From NCBI GenBank assembly GCA_014905635.1, contig JABVCE010000014.1:868001-932000 (forward strand): a DNA stretch of 64,000 nucleotides. The letters run 5' to 3'. Positions 35,159-47,920 of this stretch are shown piece by piece; the first letter of the stretch is position 1, and each line of letters starts with the position of its first letter. The translations under genes were made by a program, and so were the position numbers. The notes below the pieces were generated by a model that had not been told where the DNA came from, did not search any database, and was given only the letters and a program-made list of their open reading frames with translations. The stretch is from Scenedesmus sp. PABB004. Its lineage: Eukaryota.

Positions 35159-36660
35159 TCAGCCCGTGTTCTGCATGCCCGCCGCGATGCCCTTGATGGT
35201 TATCATGAGGCAGTCGTCCATGGCCGCCTGGAAGGGGTGCTTGTCGTCCCTGGGCGCGGGCGCGGGCGGGGCGCGAGGCTCAGGGTTCATGGCGCGCAGT
35301 GTTCAGGGTTTAGGTCTGAGCGGCAGCCCGCACGCGGGCGCGGGCGCTGGCGTCTTCGTCGCGGCACGGCGGCGGGCGCGGCGGCGGGGCGGCGGCGGGC
35401 GCGGGGGCGGCGGCGCGGCGGCGCAACCCGCGCACCGGTGCGGGTCGCGCGAGAGGAGCTCGATGATCTCCGACTCGCTCGGCTGGTAGCTCGCGCGGCA
35501 GCCCGCGCCGTTGCACGCGTTGAACTCGCGCAGGGCGCTGAGCGTCTGGACCTGCGGGGCGGTTCGAGGAGGGGGGGGGAGTAGGGGGGGGGGGTTGGTA
35601 ATTGGTTGTTTGCTGTGGGCGGCGGCGGGGGCGGCGGCGCGCCCAGGGCCCGGCTCCCTCGCACGCGCGCACGCCCTCCCACGCCCGCGCGCCCCAGCCC
35701 CGCCTCGCCCCGCCCCGCGCGCAGCGCGCGCAGCACGCGCAGCACGCCGCGCCGCGGCGCGCCTGCATGACGTTGAGCGGCGCCACGTACGGCGCGCGCA
35801 GGCGGATCTTCTCGTCAAGCTCGGGGCTCGCGCTGCTGGTGGGGTCCTCGAGCAGCGTGGAGTGGCGCACGATCTTGAGAACCTGCGCGCGTGTTGTGCG
35901 TGTGTGTGTGTGTGGTGTGGTGGTGGGGGGGGGGGGGCGAGGGGCGAGGGCGAGGGGCGAGTGAGACCAGGGCTTTGGCGGGGAGCTGGTGGGCGGGCGC
36001 GGCGCGCGCGCGGGGCGCGCGGAGGGCGCGTGCGGGGTCGCGCCTGCGCCGACGTCGCCGCAAACTTGGCGCGCAGCTCGTCGCCGAGCGCCTGCGGGCG
36101 CGGCGGGGCAGAGGCGGCGGCGGCGCGGTGTGAGCCTTGCCAGCGCTCGCGCCTGCTCCTCGCCCTGCCCCTCGCGCCCCGCCCACGCCCCGTCCCCACC
36201 GCCCCCACCGCCCCCTCTCCCCCTGGGCCCATCATCTCGGCCCCTCTCCCCCTGGGCCCATCATCGTCACGCGCCTGGAGCTCCGGGCGCACGAGCTTGG
36301 CGTCATACATGGCAGTGACCTTGGGGTCGGCCTTGGCCATGACCATCTCCACCAGGTCCAGCAGGCCCTGGGGGTTTAGTGTGTGCAGTTTGGGGTTGAG
36401 GAGAGGGGCGTCAAAGTTTAGGGTTTAGGGTTTGGAACCTGACCCCCCTTGTAAACCCTAAACACCCCCGTTAAACCCTAGCCGCACCTTGAAGAAGGGC
36501 CAGTCGTCGTACATCGACTGCAGCAGCGCCAGGTGCCCCGCCTCCACCGCGGCCGCGAGCGCGTCGCCGATGCCGAGCCAGACCTGGAAGGGGGGGGGGG
36601 CGGTGGGTGTGTGGGGGCGGCGGCGGCGGTGATGGGTGATGGTGGTGTGCGCGTGTAAGT

Positions 36661-36691
<31 letters not shown>

Positions 36692-39600
36692 GGGCGGCGG
36701 CGCGTAGCTCAAGCAGAACGATCGTGCGTGGAACTGCCGAGCGCCCACTCGGCAGCTGCAGGCAGCGCCAGCGCTCGCCCTCTGCCCCGCAACGCGCGCG
36801 GCGAGCTCAACGCCGAGGGCGGACGCGAGCGGCGGCGCGACCAGCGGCCAGCGGCGGCGGTGCAACCAGCCGCGCTGATCGGCGACCGGGCCACCGGCCG
36901 CGGCGCCGGTTGCGGCGCGCCTGGTTGAATGCCTCGCACGAGCAGCAGTGCGAGGCATGCACCAGGCGCGCCGCGGCACGGCCGGCGGCGGCCTGCCGGC
37001 GAGGCGGCGCCCGAGCGAGCTGCGCGACCGACAGCAGTGCGCGACGTCACGAGAACTGACGCAGCGGGCGCACGCGCGCGCGGCGAGCTGTACGCGAGCG
37101 GACAGCGGCGGCGGCGTAGCCACGAGAGCTAACCAAACAAATAAACCAGAAATCACAGCGCGCGTGCAAATAAACCCCTAAAAAACCCCAAACAAACACA
37201 AAAAAATCACCCCGCACTCCGCACCGGCAGGTGGAAACGAGTTTGGGTCCACGCAAATACCCAGGGGATCGCGCGCAGGCCCTCGATGCCGGTGTTGGCC
37301 TTGCGTGAGGCGGGGCGGGAGCCGATGTTGAGCCGCCCGAGCTCGCCGACCGGCGTGGCGAGGTTGAAGTACTCGATGAAGTCGGGGCGGCCAAAGACAT
37401 ACGACCGGTACACCTGTGTTTTGTGTGTGCGGCGATCGTCGCGCGGTTTACGCGTGTGCGTGTGGGCGGAGGCAGCGGCGGGCCGGACAGCGCGGCGCGT
37501 GCTCAGGCGCTGCGCGCGCTGCGCGCAGTGCGTGGCGCGGCGGCGGCGCGGCGCGCGAGCCGGCACGCCCGCCGGCGGTGCGCCCCACCTTGCACGACGT
37601 TTCGCTGAGCTCGTTCATCATCGCCCGCCACTCGGGCAGCGCGGGCGTGGGCGGGTCGAGGCAGGCCTCGAGCACGGCGCTGGTGTAGAGGTCGAGCGTG
37701 CGGAAGCACACCTCGCGCTCGCCTGGCGGGCGGTTCAGGGCGGGCCGGGGCGGTGGGAGGGCAGGGGGCAGGGTTAAGGGCGGCGGGTGGAGGGTTGAAG
37801 GGTGGCGGGCGGGCGCGGGGGCGCAGGGTGCGGTGAGAAGAGGGCTGGGTGGCGGGGTGGAGGGCGGGCGCGAGGGAGCGGCGCGGGCGCGTGCTGCCGC
37901 GGGCACGGAGCGGAGCGGGCGCGCGCACCAAACTGCTGCTCGATCGTCTCGCCCTGGATCGTCACGCGCAGCTTGCCCTGCGCGGCGGCGGGGGCGCGGC
38001 GGCGGGGGCGCGGGTGTCGTGGGCGCGGCGAGCGCGCGGTCCGGGCCGAGCCCGCAAGCCGAGGCGGCCCCCGTCCCGCCCGGCCGCCGCCAGCCCCTCC
38101 CGGCGTGCGCGCGCACGAAGCACACCTTGATCGTCGCGGGCGGCTGGCTGCGGATGGCCATGTGCGTGGGCCCGCCGCCGCGGCCGACGCTGCCGCCGCG
38201 GCCGTGAAAGAGGATGAGCCGCACGCCGTGCGCGTCGGCGACGCCCACGATCTTCTCCTGCGCGCGCGGTCGATGTGGGAGGGGGGGGGGGTGCAGCGGG
38301 GCAGGGCGGGGGTGAGGGTCAGGGCGCGGCTTGGGGCTCGGGGCGCGGGTCGGGTGTTCAAGAGCTTGCCGCAGGCGTCAGAGCGAGCGCGTGCTGGAGG
38401 GAGAGAGGCAGAGCGCCGCCCGTGCGCACGCGCCTGCGTCTCGAACAGCGCCCACGCCGCGGCGACGCGGCCGGCGTCCTTGCCAGAGTCGGAGTAGCCT
38501 GGCGGCCGCAGCGGCCGCAGCGGCGCGGCGGTGCGGCGGGGTGAGGCGGCGTCGCCTGGGGCCCAGGCGCGGGCGCCGACGCGGCGGCAGCAGCAGGGGG
38601 CCGAGCGCGCCGCGCCGCGCCTCTCCCATACATATGCCCCCCCCCCCCCCCCCACGCTGCCGCCGCCGCGCCGCCGCGCCGCGCGGCGGCCGCCGGCCGC
38701 GGCCGCACCGATCATGCACTCCTGCACGCCGTCGTGGTGCGCGGTGATGTGGGCCTTGTACCACTCGCTCGACAGCAGCGTCTCGATCGTGGTCGGCGCG
38801 TTGGTGAGGTCGTCCAGCGTCTCAAACAGCGGCGCGACTGCGGGGCGCGTGTGGTGAGTGTGCGTGTGCGTGTGTGTTAGAGTGTGTGTGTGTGGTGGGG
38901 GAGGGGGGGCGTGCGGGTGTGCGGGCGCGCGGGTGTGTGGGCGCAGGTCCCGGCCCCGGCGCCTCGACCCAAGCTGGCACCCAACCAAGCCCAGCTCTCG
39001 GCCCTCCACCCTTCAGCCCTCAGCCCTGCCGCCCTGCAGCCCGCTCACCCTTGAGCAGGTCGCGCATGCCGCACTCGCGCATGAGCAGCACCACGCCCAG
39101 CACGTCGCTCGCGGTGCGGGTCATGCTGATGATGTAGCTGTGCAGGCTGTCCACAGGCAGCTCCGCCAGCGTCCTGCGCGCAGTGCGCGTGCGTGCGTGT
39201 GCGTGCGTGTGCGTGTGTGGGTGTGGGTGTGTGGGGGTGTGGGGGTGGGCGCCGGGGTGAGAAGAAGGCGCAGCGCGCGGGCCGAGGGAGCCGCAGCCGC
39301 CGGAGGTCCCTTCCCAGCCTGCCCGCCGCGCCCCGCCCGCCGCCGCGCCGCCCGCGCCGCCAGCGCGCGCGCGGCGCGCGCCTGAGCGTGGCGACCACCT
39401 CGGCCTCGTCGGGGCTGAGGTCGATGCCGGGCGGGAAGAGCGGCCGCTTGCCGCCCAGCTCGCCCAGCAGCCACGCCGTGCGCCGGTCCTCGGGCCACGA
39501 GGCGTAACTGCCGAGCTCAAGGTGCCGCGTGATCGCGTCCAGGACCTGGCAGGCGTGGGTGGGTGGGCGTGTGCGGGGTGCGGCGGGCGCGGCGCAGGTT

Positions 39601-42600
39601 TGAGGGCCTTGTCGGTCAAGGCGCGGCCGCGAGGCGCGGACGCGGCGGGCGCGCAGCCCAGGGCGAGCCCCTGGGCCCGCGGGCGCCCCCGCGCGCGCCA
39701 CGGTCGCGCACCTCTGTGTGCCGCGTGCTCTCCTGGCGGATGTCGAGCTTCATCAGGCTCAGGCCAAACGTCTGGACCTGCGGTGGTGGGCGTGTGCGTG
39801 TGCGTGTGCGTGTGCGTGTGCGTGTGCGTGTGCGTGTGCGTGTGCGTGTGCGTGTGCGTGTGCGTGTGCGTGTGCGACCAGCGCCGGGCGCCCGCGCGCG
39901 CCGCGTCAGCAGCAACGGGAGCCCCCCCCCCTCCCCTGCAGCGCCGCTGTCCCCCGCAGCGCCGCGCGCCGCGCGCCGCGCGCCGGTCCGCTGTGCGCGC
40001 CTGGCGCAGCGTGTCGAGCAGGCGGTGGTTGGCGGTGCTCTCGTCGCCCGTGGAGAGGAGGCTGGTGTACATGAGGTGCAGCGGGTCAAACAGCTCCTGC
40101 GGGTGGCGCGGGGCGGGTGGTGCGGCGGCGCGTTAAGCGGCGGCGACGAGCCCCGCGAGGGCGCGAGGGAGCGAATGAGCACGGCGCGGCCCTCTGCCCC
40201 TCAGCCTGCTGCCCCTCACCCCCACACACACAGCCGCACCTTGACGTCGAGGTATGAGTCCGTGTCCACCAGCGCCTGCTTCACGCTCAGCCCCGGGTTG
40301 ATGAGGCACTGGTGCAGCACCTCGCGCGTCTGCCACAGCCTGGCGCGGGGCAGCGAACGGCGACAGGGGGAGAGAGGCGTGGGGGAGGGGGCGGCGGCGC
40401 GGCGGGTCGGCGGGGCGGGCGCGGGCGAGGCGGCGCGCCGCGCGCGCTGAGCCCTGCGCCGCCCCGGCCCGCGCCCGACCCGCGCCGCCGCGCCGCGGCG
40501 CCCCTGCACGCCCCCGCGCCGCCGCCGCGCCGCCGCCGCGGCGCACCGGTCGCGCATGTGGCTGAGCACGACGCGGAAGGGCTCGTTCGCGGCGATGGGC
40601 GTCCAAAAGTCTGCGTAGTTGCGCTTCTTCCGCTCCTCCGCGACGCGGCCCGGGTCGGCCGCGGCCGCGCGCGCCGCGAGGCGCGACGCGAGCGCCTTGA
40701 GCTCCGGGCTGCGGGCCGCGGGGTGGAGAGGGGGGGGGGGGGGTGAGTGCGGGCCGCGGCGCGGCGCGTCCCGGTGGTGGCCCAGCCGCCCTGGCATCCC
40801 CGCCGGTCAACCGCACGCACGGGCACACGCACACACGCACACGTGCACGCGCACGCGCACGCACACGCACGCGCGCACTCGCGCACTCGCGCACTCGCCA
40901 CACACACACGCACACAATACGCACCTGCAGCGCCACATGCTGAGGTCAAACATGAGCACCTCGACCGCCTTGAAGTACGCGTTGACCGCCTCCAGCCTGT
41001 GGACGCGTGGGTGGGTGTGGTGGGTGGGCGGGTGGGCGTTGGGTGGGTGGGTGGGTGGGTGGGCGGGTTGGTGGGCGGGTGGGTGTGGGTGGCGAGGTCT
41101 GGCCACTGCGCGTGGGTTTCAGCGTGCGCCCCGGTCCCGCCGCCCCTGGACCCCTGAGCCCTCTCCCTGGTCCCCCCGCCGCGCACCGCGCGAGCACCAC
41201 GACGTCGCGCGTCGTCGCGGCGGTGACGTTGGGGTTGCCGTCGCGGTCGCCGCCCATCCAGGACCCAAACTCGAACAGCGCGTGGCTCAGCGGGAGGCGG
41301 GGCTGGCCGATGTTGGCGAGCGCGGTGTCGACGCGGCGATAGAAGATGGGCACCATGTCCATGATGGTCTGCTGGAAGTAGGAGAGCCCGTGACGCATCT
41401 CGTCCTGTGACACGTGTGTGTGTGTGTGCGGGGTTCAGGGTTTTGTGGGTGGGCGTGGGTGGCGGGTGTGGTGTGGGTGTGGAGGAGTGGGGGGAGGTGG
41501 GAGGTGGGAGGAGAGAGGTGGGAGGGGGAGGTGGAGGAGGGAGGCGGGAGAGAGGGCGCGGCGGCGGCGGCGGCGGCGGCGCGCGCCTGGGGCGTCGGCT
41601 TCTGGCGGCGGATCTCGTCGGTGCGCCACGCCGCCTGCACCTGCGGCGCGCGCGCGGCGGGGCGGCGGCGTCGCGGCCGGCGGCGCGGCCGCGGCGCGGC
41701 CGCAGCGCCCGCGCGCGTGCCCCGCCGCCGCCGCCGCGGGGCCCAGCCAAGCAGGGCCCTGCGCGCGCGGCAGGGTTTAGGCACGCACCTGCGCGCGGAT
41801 GGCCTCGAGCAGCTCGATCTTCTCATACGGGCTCATGCGCTTGTTGTGCAGCTCGTCCAGGTAGTGCCGGACCTGGGGTGATGGGAGGCCCAGGGGGCGG
41901 GGCAGGGGAGGTGGCAGGGGTGTTGTTTCAGGGCGCGTGCGGGGGCGCGAAGGGGGGCCTCAGGGAGTGCGCGGGCGCGCGGGGGGTCGCCGCGCGGCAC
42001 CCACGGGGCTCGGGCGCAGCGGCGCGCGGGCGGCGCGCGGGCGGCGCGCGGGGGCGGAGCACTGCTGCGCCTTGGCGCGGAGCACTGCTGCGTCTGCCTT
42101 GGCGCGGGGCGCTGCTGCCGCTGCTGCATACATAAGTCACCTTGGCGTACTTCTTGAGCAGCGACTGCCGGAACGCCTGCGTGGGGTGCGCCGTGAACAC
42201 CAGCTCCACCGTCTGGCTGCACAGCGTCTGCGCGCCGGGCGGGCGGGCGGCGGGTGAGCTGCGCGCGCGCGGGCAAGCGCCGCTGCCGGCGCGCCCGCCG
42301 GCTCGGCGCTGCGCAGGCGCGCGGGGCGGGCGCGTCGCCGCCGTCGCGCGGCCGTGCGGGCGCGCGCGCACCTCGTAGATCTTCTCCGGCGCCACGCCGT
42401 TGGTGGTGGTGAGCTTGATGAAGCTCATGTTGGTGCTGCGCGTCGGCAGCGTCAGCTGCATGCCAGCGGCGGCGCCGGCGGCGAGGCCGGGCGGGCGGGC
42501 GGGGGCGGGGGCGGGCGTGGCAGGCAGGGCGCGGGCGGCGTGACCAGGGCGGGGCGGCAGCACGCAGTGTTGGGGGGCGCGGCGGGGCAAGCTGCAGCCG

Positions 42601-43513
42601 AGGCTGCTGCTGCGGCGGGTGCGGCGGCGGCGCGCACCTCGCCCATGCGCCCCGCGCGCTCGGTCTGTGTGTTGGCGACCTCCTCGGTGAGGTTGTGGAG
42701 GTTGAGCATGTGGCTGAACGACGACGCGACCTGGCGCAGCACGCACAGCACGCGGCAACGCAGGCGGCGCGTGAGACGGGGCAGTGGTGACGCGGTGGTG
42801 TGTTGGTGGCGCGCGCGCCGCCCTGCCTCGGCGCCCCCGCTCCTCCCCAACCAAACCCCGGGCGCTGCCCCGCGCGTGCTGCCCCGCCGCGCACCAGGAT
42901 GCACTCCTCGGGCTTGAGGTTGCTCAGGTACTTGGCAAGCATCTCAAAGTCGCCGTCGTCGAGGCTCTTGCACCACGCCTGCGCGACCCAGCGCGCGGGG
43001 AGCGTGGGGCGTGGGCGTGGGGGGCGTGGGCGGCGGGGCCCCCCGCTCGCCGCCGGCCGCCGCGCCGCCCGCCCAGCTGCGCCGCGCCCAGCGGCGCCGC
43101 CCAGCTGCGCCGCGCCCAGCCGCATCCCCCCACTGCTCTCCCCCTCCGCCTGGGGCTGCCCGCGCCTGGCTGAGGGCGTAGATGACGTCGACCTTGTTGG
43201 CGGTGTTGGGGTGGTGGTGGCGCAGCACGTTGAAAAACATCTGCCGCAGCAGGCTGTCGTCGTCGCGCAGCAGCTGCGGCGGCGCGGAGGCGGCCGCGGC
43301 GGCGGGCGAGGCGGGCGCGTGAGCGCGCGGCCACGCGCCAGATGGGGTGGCGGCGGGGCGGCCCCCCTGGCCGCCTGCCGCAGCTGCCGGCTGCGGGCCC
43401 CGACGGCAGCGGCGGCGCCGCGCCGCGCACGCCGGCGCCGCCTGCGCCTCCCGCCGCACCTGCTTGGCCGAGGTGGGCAGCAGCGCCGAGTCCACGCTTC
43501 CTGCGAGCGCCAT
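35159..43513 (-). CDS. PPC1: Phosphoenolpyruvate carboxylase, plant-type (about 28 exons)
   Basis: Motifs [95 protein letters not shown] and [15 protein letters not shown]-terminus [12 protein letters not shown] (QNTG = plant type). Confidence 0.97.
36417..36480. repeat. Interstitial telomere-like (TTTAGGG / CCCTAAA) motifs in inverted arrangement inside a PEPC intron
   Basis: TTTAGGGTTTAGGGTTT at 36417-36433; TAAACCCTAAA at 36452-36462; TAAACCCTA at 36472-36480. Confidence 0.7.
36912..36974 (-). ncRNA. Candidate intronic pre-miRNA-like hairpin within a PEPC intron
   Basis: GCGGCGCGCCTGGT-tga-ATGCCTCGCAC-gagcagca-GTGCGAGGCAT-gc-ACCAGGCGCGCCGC forms 14-bp and 11-bp stems around an 8-nt loop. 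Confidence 0.35.
39790..39875. repeat. (GTGTGC)n intronic microsatellite
   Basis: About 14 copies read directly. Confidence 0.9.
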
Positions 43514-44605
43514 CCTGGAGGCCTCGCGAGCAAAGCACGAGGGCCGGTGATGGGCTCTGCCGGCGCTGGCGCGCGGCGAGCGGGGCCGCGGCCGCGGCGG
43601 GTGCGCGCGAGCCGGCGGTGGGCGCCTGAAGCCGGGGCGCCGCGGGCGGGAGCTGCGGGCGCTGCAGCCCTGGCGCTGCTGCTGCGGGGGCAGCAACCCT
43701 GGGGCGCGCGTGCGGCCCTGGCGCGATGCGGAAGTGACTCACGGTCGGCGTGCCGGGCCGACTGCGGGCGGCGCGGCAGGCGTGGCCGTGTGGAAGCGCG
43801 CGAGTGCGTGCTGCAAGGGCGCACGCGCCCAAGCCCTGGTGCGCCGTGGCCGCGCCCAGCTTACATTGCGCCCCCGCCAGTCGAGCGCCAGGCCCAGGGC
43901 GAAGCCTGCGGGCCGCGCCGCCACGCAGCGCCGTCGGCGCCGCCGCCGCGATGCCCCGCTCGGGCGCCGCGCCCGCGCCGTCCGCGGGAGCATCGAACGC
44001 GCGGCGTGGGCGCCTGCCCCTGCCCGCGCGCCCCCGAGCTCCAAATGCTCGAGTCTTCGCCGGCGCGCGCCGGAGTGCGGCAACGGTGCGTCGCACCTGA
44101 TGCGCACGCCGGGGCGGGGCCAGCCGGACCGCACCAGCTGCGAGCGCTCGCTCGGTTGTGGGAGGGGGCAGCCGTCGCCGCCCGCACCGCGAACAGGCGC
44201 CGCCGCCGTCGTCGCGTGCCGCAGCGCGCGCCAGCGGCAAAGGGCTGGATCGCGCGCCGCCGCGTGCGTCTTCAGCAGCACAGCTGGCGGTCATCAGTGA
44301 CCTCGGGAAGCTGCTGCGCACGTTGGGCGGGCGCCCGCCCGCCTACTGCACTGCCGCTGTCGCGTCCGCGGCTCCCACAGCTGCCCACGACAGCTAGAAC
44401 CGTCTGTACAGAGCCACTGAGTCTATTACCGCGCGTCGGGGGCAGCGCGCTCGCTAGAGAGACCCCGCAGTAGGGCGCGCGCCGGCGGCGCGCTCCGTCG
44501 CGGCCGCGACGCAGCCGGCGCTGCTGTCCCCTGAGTGCCGTAGGGGGCATTGAGCTCAACCGGCAGCTGCCGGTCCGGAGGCGCTGCCCAGCGGCGCCCG
44601 GCGCG

Positions 44606-47600
44606 ATGGACGCGTCCCGCCATCTGCGCGCCAGCGGCCGCGCCGCGCTGCTGGCGGCCTGCTGCGCGCTGGCGCTGGGCGCACTTCCCGCGCCGGCGCA
44701 CGGGGCATCGTTCGCGCGCTGGAGCAGCTACGTCCCGCCGCCCGTGAAGGCCTGCCCGGCCGCGGCCAACGCGACGCGCGGTGAGAGCTGGCAGCCTGCT
44801 GCCCCTGGGCAGCCGCGCCGCCGCCGCCGTCGTCGCTCACGCGCCGCCGCTCACCATGTGGCCGCATTCGCACGCGCGCAGAGCCCATCGGCATGTGGGG
44901 CTGCGCCGGCGAGGCCTGGCGGGCGGGCGGCCCGCTGTCGGACTGGTCGTTCGCGGGGTACGGCGCGGGCCTGGAGGCCATCCCCGACGCGCCCGTGGCG
45001 GTGGACGTGCGGCGCGACTTTGAGGCCGCCGGCGACGGCGTGACCGACGACACGGCCGCGGTGCTGGCGGCGCTCAAGGCCACGCAGGCGGGCGGCGGTG
45101 TGATCTTTTTCCCGCCGGGCAGGTACCTGCTGCACAACCAGCTCAACATCAGCAGCAACCAGGTCCTGCGCGGAGCGGGGCGCGACGCGACGACGCTGCT
45201 GTTCAACACCTCGCTGCAGCAGCTCTACGGCTGGGGCCCGCGCTGGCGCGCGGGGCAGGAGGCCAGCCCCTACACCTGGTCCGGCGCCCTCATCTCCACG
45301 CAGCGCGAGAAGCGGATGTTCAACCCCTCTACCCTGGAGCTGGGCAAGGTCACGCGCCCCGCGGCCCGCGGCGACCGGCGGCTGTACGTCGGCAACTTCA
45401 CGGGCAGCGCGCGCGCCGCGGCCGCGGCGTTCAAGGCCGGGCAGTGGGTGTCGCTGGGCATGTTTGAGACGCCCGAGGTGCGGTGCGGCGGGCGGGCGGC
45501 CCGGAGGCGCGGGCGGGCGGCCCGGCAGCGCGGCCGCGGCGCCGCGCGCCCCGCCGCACGCCCGACCCGCGCCGCGTCGCCCCGGCCGCGCGCGCCAGGC
45601 CGACATGGCGCGCGCGTTCTGCAACAACCGCACCGACGTCGGCGACCGGCTCGGCCCCGACTTTGGCAACCGCCAGATGTTCAGCCACATGTCGCGCGTG
45701 ACGGCGGTCGGTCCCGACTGGATTGAGCTGGAGCGGCCGCTGCACGTCGACGTGGCACTGGCGTTCAAGCCCACGCTCTACAGGTGCGCGGCGCGCCGTG
45801 GGCACGCCGTGTGCACGCCCTGCTGCTCGGCGCGGCGCCGCTCAGCGGCGGGGCCCGCGCTTGGCTGAGGCGCTGACGCGGCGCACCGCACCGCGCGCGT
45901 CAGGTCGTTTAACTTCAAGGTCACCGGCGTGGGCGTGGAGGACCTGACCGTTGAGTTCCCCTGGACGCCCTACCTCGGCCACCACGAGGGTGCGCCGCCG
46001 GGGCCCACGCGGCGCGAGCGCGAGCACGGCCCTGGCCCCTGGCTGGCCGCGCGGCGGCGGCGCTGCCGCCGCGCGTGCACGCTGCGGCACGCGGCTGACG
46101 CGCCGCCACCGCGCGCCGCATGCAGAGCCGGGCTACAATGCCATTGAGTTTGAGGCGGCGACCAACTCCTGGGTGCGCCGCGTGCGCATCATCAACGCCG
46201 ACTCTGGCATCAAGCTGTATTCGTCCATCTTCAACACAGTCAGCGACATCGAGGTCGGCACCTCGCCCAAGCCGCGTCGCGGCGGGCGCTGGTACGGGCG
46301 GGACGAGGTGATGCAGGACACTGACAAGGACGGCCACATGGCCATCGCGCTGCACTGGGCGTGCTTTGACAACCTGGTCGAGCGCTTCAACATCACGCCG
46401 TGAGTCTGAACCAACAGCTGTGCTGGGGCTGAGCTGAGCCGGCCTGCGCCGTGCTGCGCTGCGCTGAGCAGGCGCTGCGCGCACGCTCGCTGACCCGCCC
46501 CCCGCCCCGCCGCTGGCGCAGCATCTTTTACCACGAGCTCCTGGTCGCCGGCTACTCGGCGCACAACGTCTTCTCCAACGGCACCGGCACCGACGTCTGC
46601 CTCGACCACCACGGCGGCGCGCCGCACAACAACCTGTGGACCGACATCGACCTCGGCTCCGGCCAGGCCGCGATGCGCTGGTCGGGCGCGCCCCAGCACT
46701 TCCCCTTTGCCGGCAGCAACAACGTGTTCTGGAACGTCTGGGCGTCCAAGATCCCAGCCTCCTTTGACTACGCCGCCGGGCTCGAGCCGAGCAGCCGCCG
46801 CACCGACAACATGCGCGCGCCGCAGCGCGCGAGCCGGCTGCCCGTGATGAGCCGGCCCGCGTCCATCCAGGGCTATGGCCAGGTCGTGGTGGACATGCCG
46901 CTGGACAGCCAGATCCCACCAATCAAGGAGGCGGGCGACTGGTTCATCTACTACCGCCCAAACCAGCGCGTGTGGCCCGCCAACCTGCACGCCGCCATGG
47001 ACGCGACCCAGGCCGCGCGGCTCACGCCCGCGCCGCCGCTCAACGGCGCGCCGGCGCTGATGTCGGCGCTGACCGGGCAGCTCGTGTATCGCCCGCCTGT
47101 GGCGGCGGCACCGCCGAAGCCGGCGCCGGTGGCCAACGCGACCAAGGCCCCTGCGGCGCCCGCCAACGCGACGGGCGCCCGGGTCGTCGCCCGGGCGCCG
47201 GCCGCGAACGCGACGCGCGCCCCGGCGGCGGCCGCCGCGCCGGCACGGGCGCCCAACGCAACTGCGAGCCTCGCTCCGGGCGCGCTTCGCAGCAGCAACA
47301 CCAGCGCCGCCCAGCCGGCCGTACGGGCCAGCGGCACGAGCCCCGCGCCTGCCCCTCCGGCGGCGCGCACAGGTGTGGTGCAGGCGCAGCCGGCGCCCAA
47401 GGTGCCGGCGCAGCCGGCGCAGCGCAGCGCTGTCGCGTCGCCCGCACCTGCAGCCGCGGCCAAGGCGGCTGCGTCTGCCGCGGCCAGCCCGGGCGCGGCG
47501 GGCACGGTGCAGCAGCCGCCGGCGCAGCGGCCGGCGATGCAGCAGCCGCCCGCTGGCACCGCTCCCACGGTGACGGTGGCGCTGCCGGCGGTGCGGCTGG

Positions 47601-47920
47601 AGCTGCCGGGCGTGCAGGTTTCGCTTGCGGCGCAGCGGGTGACGCTGCCGGCGGAGCAGCCGCCCCAGCCCGCGGCCCTGGCGCTGCGCCCGCCGCCCAC
47701 GCTGGCGGCCCTGCCGCTGCCGGGGCTGCCGCTGCCGGCGCCCGGGCTGCCTCTGCCGGCGCTGCCGCTGCCGGCGCCCGGTCTGGCGCTGCCGGCCCTG
47801 CAGCAGGCGCACCAGCAGCTGCTCCAGGCTCAGCAGGACATGCTGGCGGCCATCGGGCTGGCGCAGCCGCCGAGCATGCTGCCCGGGCTCGTCGATGCCC
47901 GGCGCTTGGTGACGGGCTGA
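44606..47920 (+). CDS. Secreted pectate-lyase-superfamily (Pectate_lyase_3-like, beta-helix) protein A with Ala/Pro-rich tail
   Basis: Signal peptide. Motifs LSDWSFAGY, DVRRDFEAAGDGVTDDTAAVLAAL...GGVIFFPPGRYLL, GVGVEDLTVEF, GYNAIEF, NSWVRRVRIINADSGI and LDHHGGAPHNNLWTDID. Stop 47920. Confidence 0.8.

Noticed and set aside
36210..36268. Short intronic direct repeats (also ~12761-12795 and ~42060-42115)
   Set aside because: Local slippage duplications with no evidence of function.
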